Of a stretch of 44,330 nt of DNA, positions 43,085 to 44,330 are shown piece after piece. Each line of letters starts with the position of its first letter. Positions within the stretch are counted from its first letter, which is position 1. The notes below the pieces were generated by a model. That model had not been told where the DNA came from. It did not search any database and was given only the letters and a program-made list of their open reading frames with translations. Origin of the DNA: Thermoproteota archaeon (lineage in GTDB: Archaea > Korarchaeota > JAOZGF01 > JAOZFZ01); the NCBI GenBank assembly GCA_027491455.1, contig JAOZFL010000097.1, positions 1-44,330 on the forward strand. The letters are read 5' to 3'. A program made the position numbers and the translations under genes.

Positions 43085-44256
43085 ATGCCTCAGCTATAAT
43101 AAACATGGCTTCTCTTATTCAAATACTAAAAGGAACTGAGAAAAGTTATATAACTGAGTATACTGCTAAAGAAATAAAGTCCAGAGAGAAAAAAATGGTT
43201 ACAGAAGCCTTAATCTCCTCTAAGAAACTTGTTATTGTAAAACCTAAAAAAGAATACCTGAAAGAAATAGAGAAAAAGACAGTGGAGACCGGAGACATGC
43301 TAAAGCTTTCAAAGGCAGATGTAGAAACTCTGGCTTTGGCTCTTCAATTCAAATGTCAAAACACCGACTTAACGGTTCTCACAGATGACTACACGATGCA
43401 GAACGTGCTATCAAACCTTAAAATAAACTGGACTCCTTTGAAAACTAAAGGAATAAGGAAACGCATCAGATGGATACTTTACTGCCCCTCTTGTGGATCT
43501 AAATGGCCTGCTAACCTCAAAGCCAGGGACTGCCCTGTTTGTGGTACCGAATTAGAACTTCATAGAGTTAACTCTATGTTTTTGAACACAGAAAACAGCG
43601 AAACAAATATAAATAACTGTTTAAGTAGTAGAACAGGCCATGATGAAAGGTGCGATAACTTGTCGAGGTTCTGGGCGCTGGTTGAAGCAGCCTTAGTCAC
43701 ATTTCTATGGTCATCGTCCTATGTACTTATCAAGATAGGCTTTGCGGAGATAAATCCATTAGCGTTTGCAGCGTATAGATATATTATTGCTTCTTTAATG
43801 TTGTTGCTGTTTTTATTCATATTTTATCAACGTGTAACAGATGCTATGAACCTCGATTTTGGAAAGTTTTTAGCTTTTTTATTTTTGGGTTTTACAGGAT
43901 ACTTCATTGCTCAAGGATTACAATTTGTCGGTTTATATTATCTTCCAGCCGTTACAGTAACATTTATTCTGAACCTAACGCCTATTTTTGTGTTGCTTCT
44001 AAGTGTCTTTTTTCTAAGAGAAACTCCGTTTTTAGGCCAATTCGTAGGTGTTATTCTTAAGACTCTTAAGGCATATGAACAGTCAATACTGCAAAACACG
44101 ATGCTAATCCAAATAGCAATATTGGCAAATATTTTCTTGGCGGAAACGTTAACTCTACACAGGATTTTGGGGATATCGATGGTTTTTATAGGAGTCCTTA
44201 TAGTACAGTTATGGCCTATGCAAAGCAGGACTCTGGGTAGACATCTTCTAGGTTAA
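43048..44256 (+). CDS. nob1: Nob1-type endonuclease (PIN plus zinc ribbon); the ORF has no stop and continues in frame into an EamA/DMT segment
   Basis: PIN acidic residues (YVLDASAI, TAKEI, SKADVE, LTDDYTMQNV) and zinc ribbon CPSCG...CPVCG are complete by about aa 174 (nt ~43570). The reading frame then stays open to 44256. Confidence 0.7.
   Translation: MGEEETRKIYVLDASAIINMASLIQILKGTEKSYITEYTAKEIKSREKKMVTEALISSKKLVIVKPKKEYLKEIEKKTVETGDMLKLSKADVETLALALQFKCQNTDLTVLTDDYTMQNVLSNLKINWTPLKTKGIRKRIRWILYCPSCGSKWPANLKARDCPVCGTELELHRVNSMFLNTENSETNINNCLSSRTGHDERCDNLSRFWALVEAALVTFLWSSSYVLIKIGFAEINPLAFAAYRYIIASLMLLLFLFIFYQRVTDAMNLDFGKFLAFLFLGFTGYFIAQGLQFVGLYYLPAVTVTFILNLTPIFVLLLSVFFLRETPFLGQFVGVILKTLKAYEQSILQNTMLIQIAILANIFLAETLTLHRILGISMVFIGVLIVQLWPMQSRTLGRHLLG
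43660..44256 (+). pseudogene. EamA/DMT-family transporter segment, internally shortened (about 7 of the usual 10 TM helices); possibly independently initiated at TTG 43660
   Basis: Hydrophobic EamA-like helices (FWALVEAALVTFLWSSSYVLIK, PLAFAAYRYIIASL..., LNLTPIFVLLLSVFFLRE). At ...GVIL|KTLKAY... the sequence jumps to what looks like the last two helices (IFLAETLTLHRILGISMVFIGVLIV). An AAGGTG SD-like motif lies 7 nt upstream of TTG 43660. Confidence 0.45.
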
Positions 44257-44330
44257 CGACACGTAGTATGCCTAATATTTCATTTTGGCTTCTATTCCGA
44301 CTGAGATATAAATATTAGTGAAGGTGTTCT

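Noticed and set aside
1-44330. CRISPR arrays, rRNA operons, intact transposases/integrases, inteins in MCM/RFC/Hel308
   Set aside because: I saw no regularly spaced direct repeats of 24-40 nt and no long GC-rich rRNA-like tract. I saw no DDE/serine/tyrosine recombinase motifs. The replication proteins have normal lengths with contiguous motifs.

Overview
AT-rich, very gene-dense archaeal chromosomal segment. The gene content looks TACK/Thermoproteota-like: ribosomal protein eS26, a Gins23-type gene fused by GTGA to MCM, RFC small and large subunits, Orc1/Cdc6, aIF5A, SRP54, Pus10, Rpo4 and L21e. I can support about 44 protein-coding genes, almost all housekeeping (replication, tRNA/rRNA maturation, translation, nucleotide metabolism). 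I found no rRNA, tRNA, CRISPR array or intact mobile element by eye.

Gene organisation is distinctive. There are many TTG/GTG starts preceded by GGAGG/GGTG-type Shine-Dalgarno (SD) motifs. Same-strand stop/start overlaps are frequent (ATGA, GTGA, TTGA, TAATG). Convergent genes abut or overlap, by 47 nt and 30 nt in two cases.

Main points worth follow-up:
1. A 9-kb replication island: orc1/cdc6, wHTH, rfcL, rfcS, gins23, mcm, hel308.
2. At least two genes (hel308 and the wHTH gene after orc1/cdc6) have conserved N-termini upstream of any ATG/GTG/TTG. Both appear to start at an SD-preceded ATT AAA ATA GA.
3. A tightly coupled operon: a signal-peptide plus C-terminal-TM anchored, ATPase-less Lon-type (S16) protease with a ~430-aa helical domain of unknown function, then a PurM/HypE-superfamily protein, an unlisted 51-aa zinc-ribbon ORF, ProRS and eS26.
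4. A ubiquitin-like ...GG protein translationally coupled to a TtuA/Ncs6-type tRNA thiolase, inside a tRNA-maturation operon.
5. An orphan Bax1-like (DUF790) nuclease with no XPB partner, wedged between two pyrimidine-metabolism genes.
6. Nob1 reading through, with no stop codon, into an internally shortened EamA transporter.
7. A 1.13-kb ORF-free stretch (2269-3402) that is anomalous for this compact genome.

I cannot show that any of these is a truly new system. All family calls come from motif recognition by eye, not from database searches.
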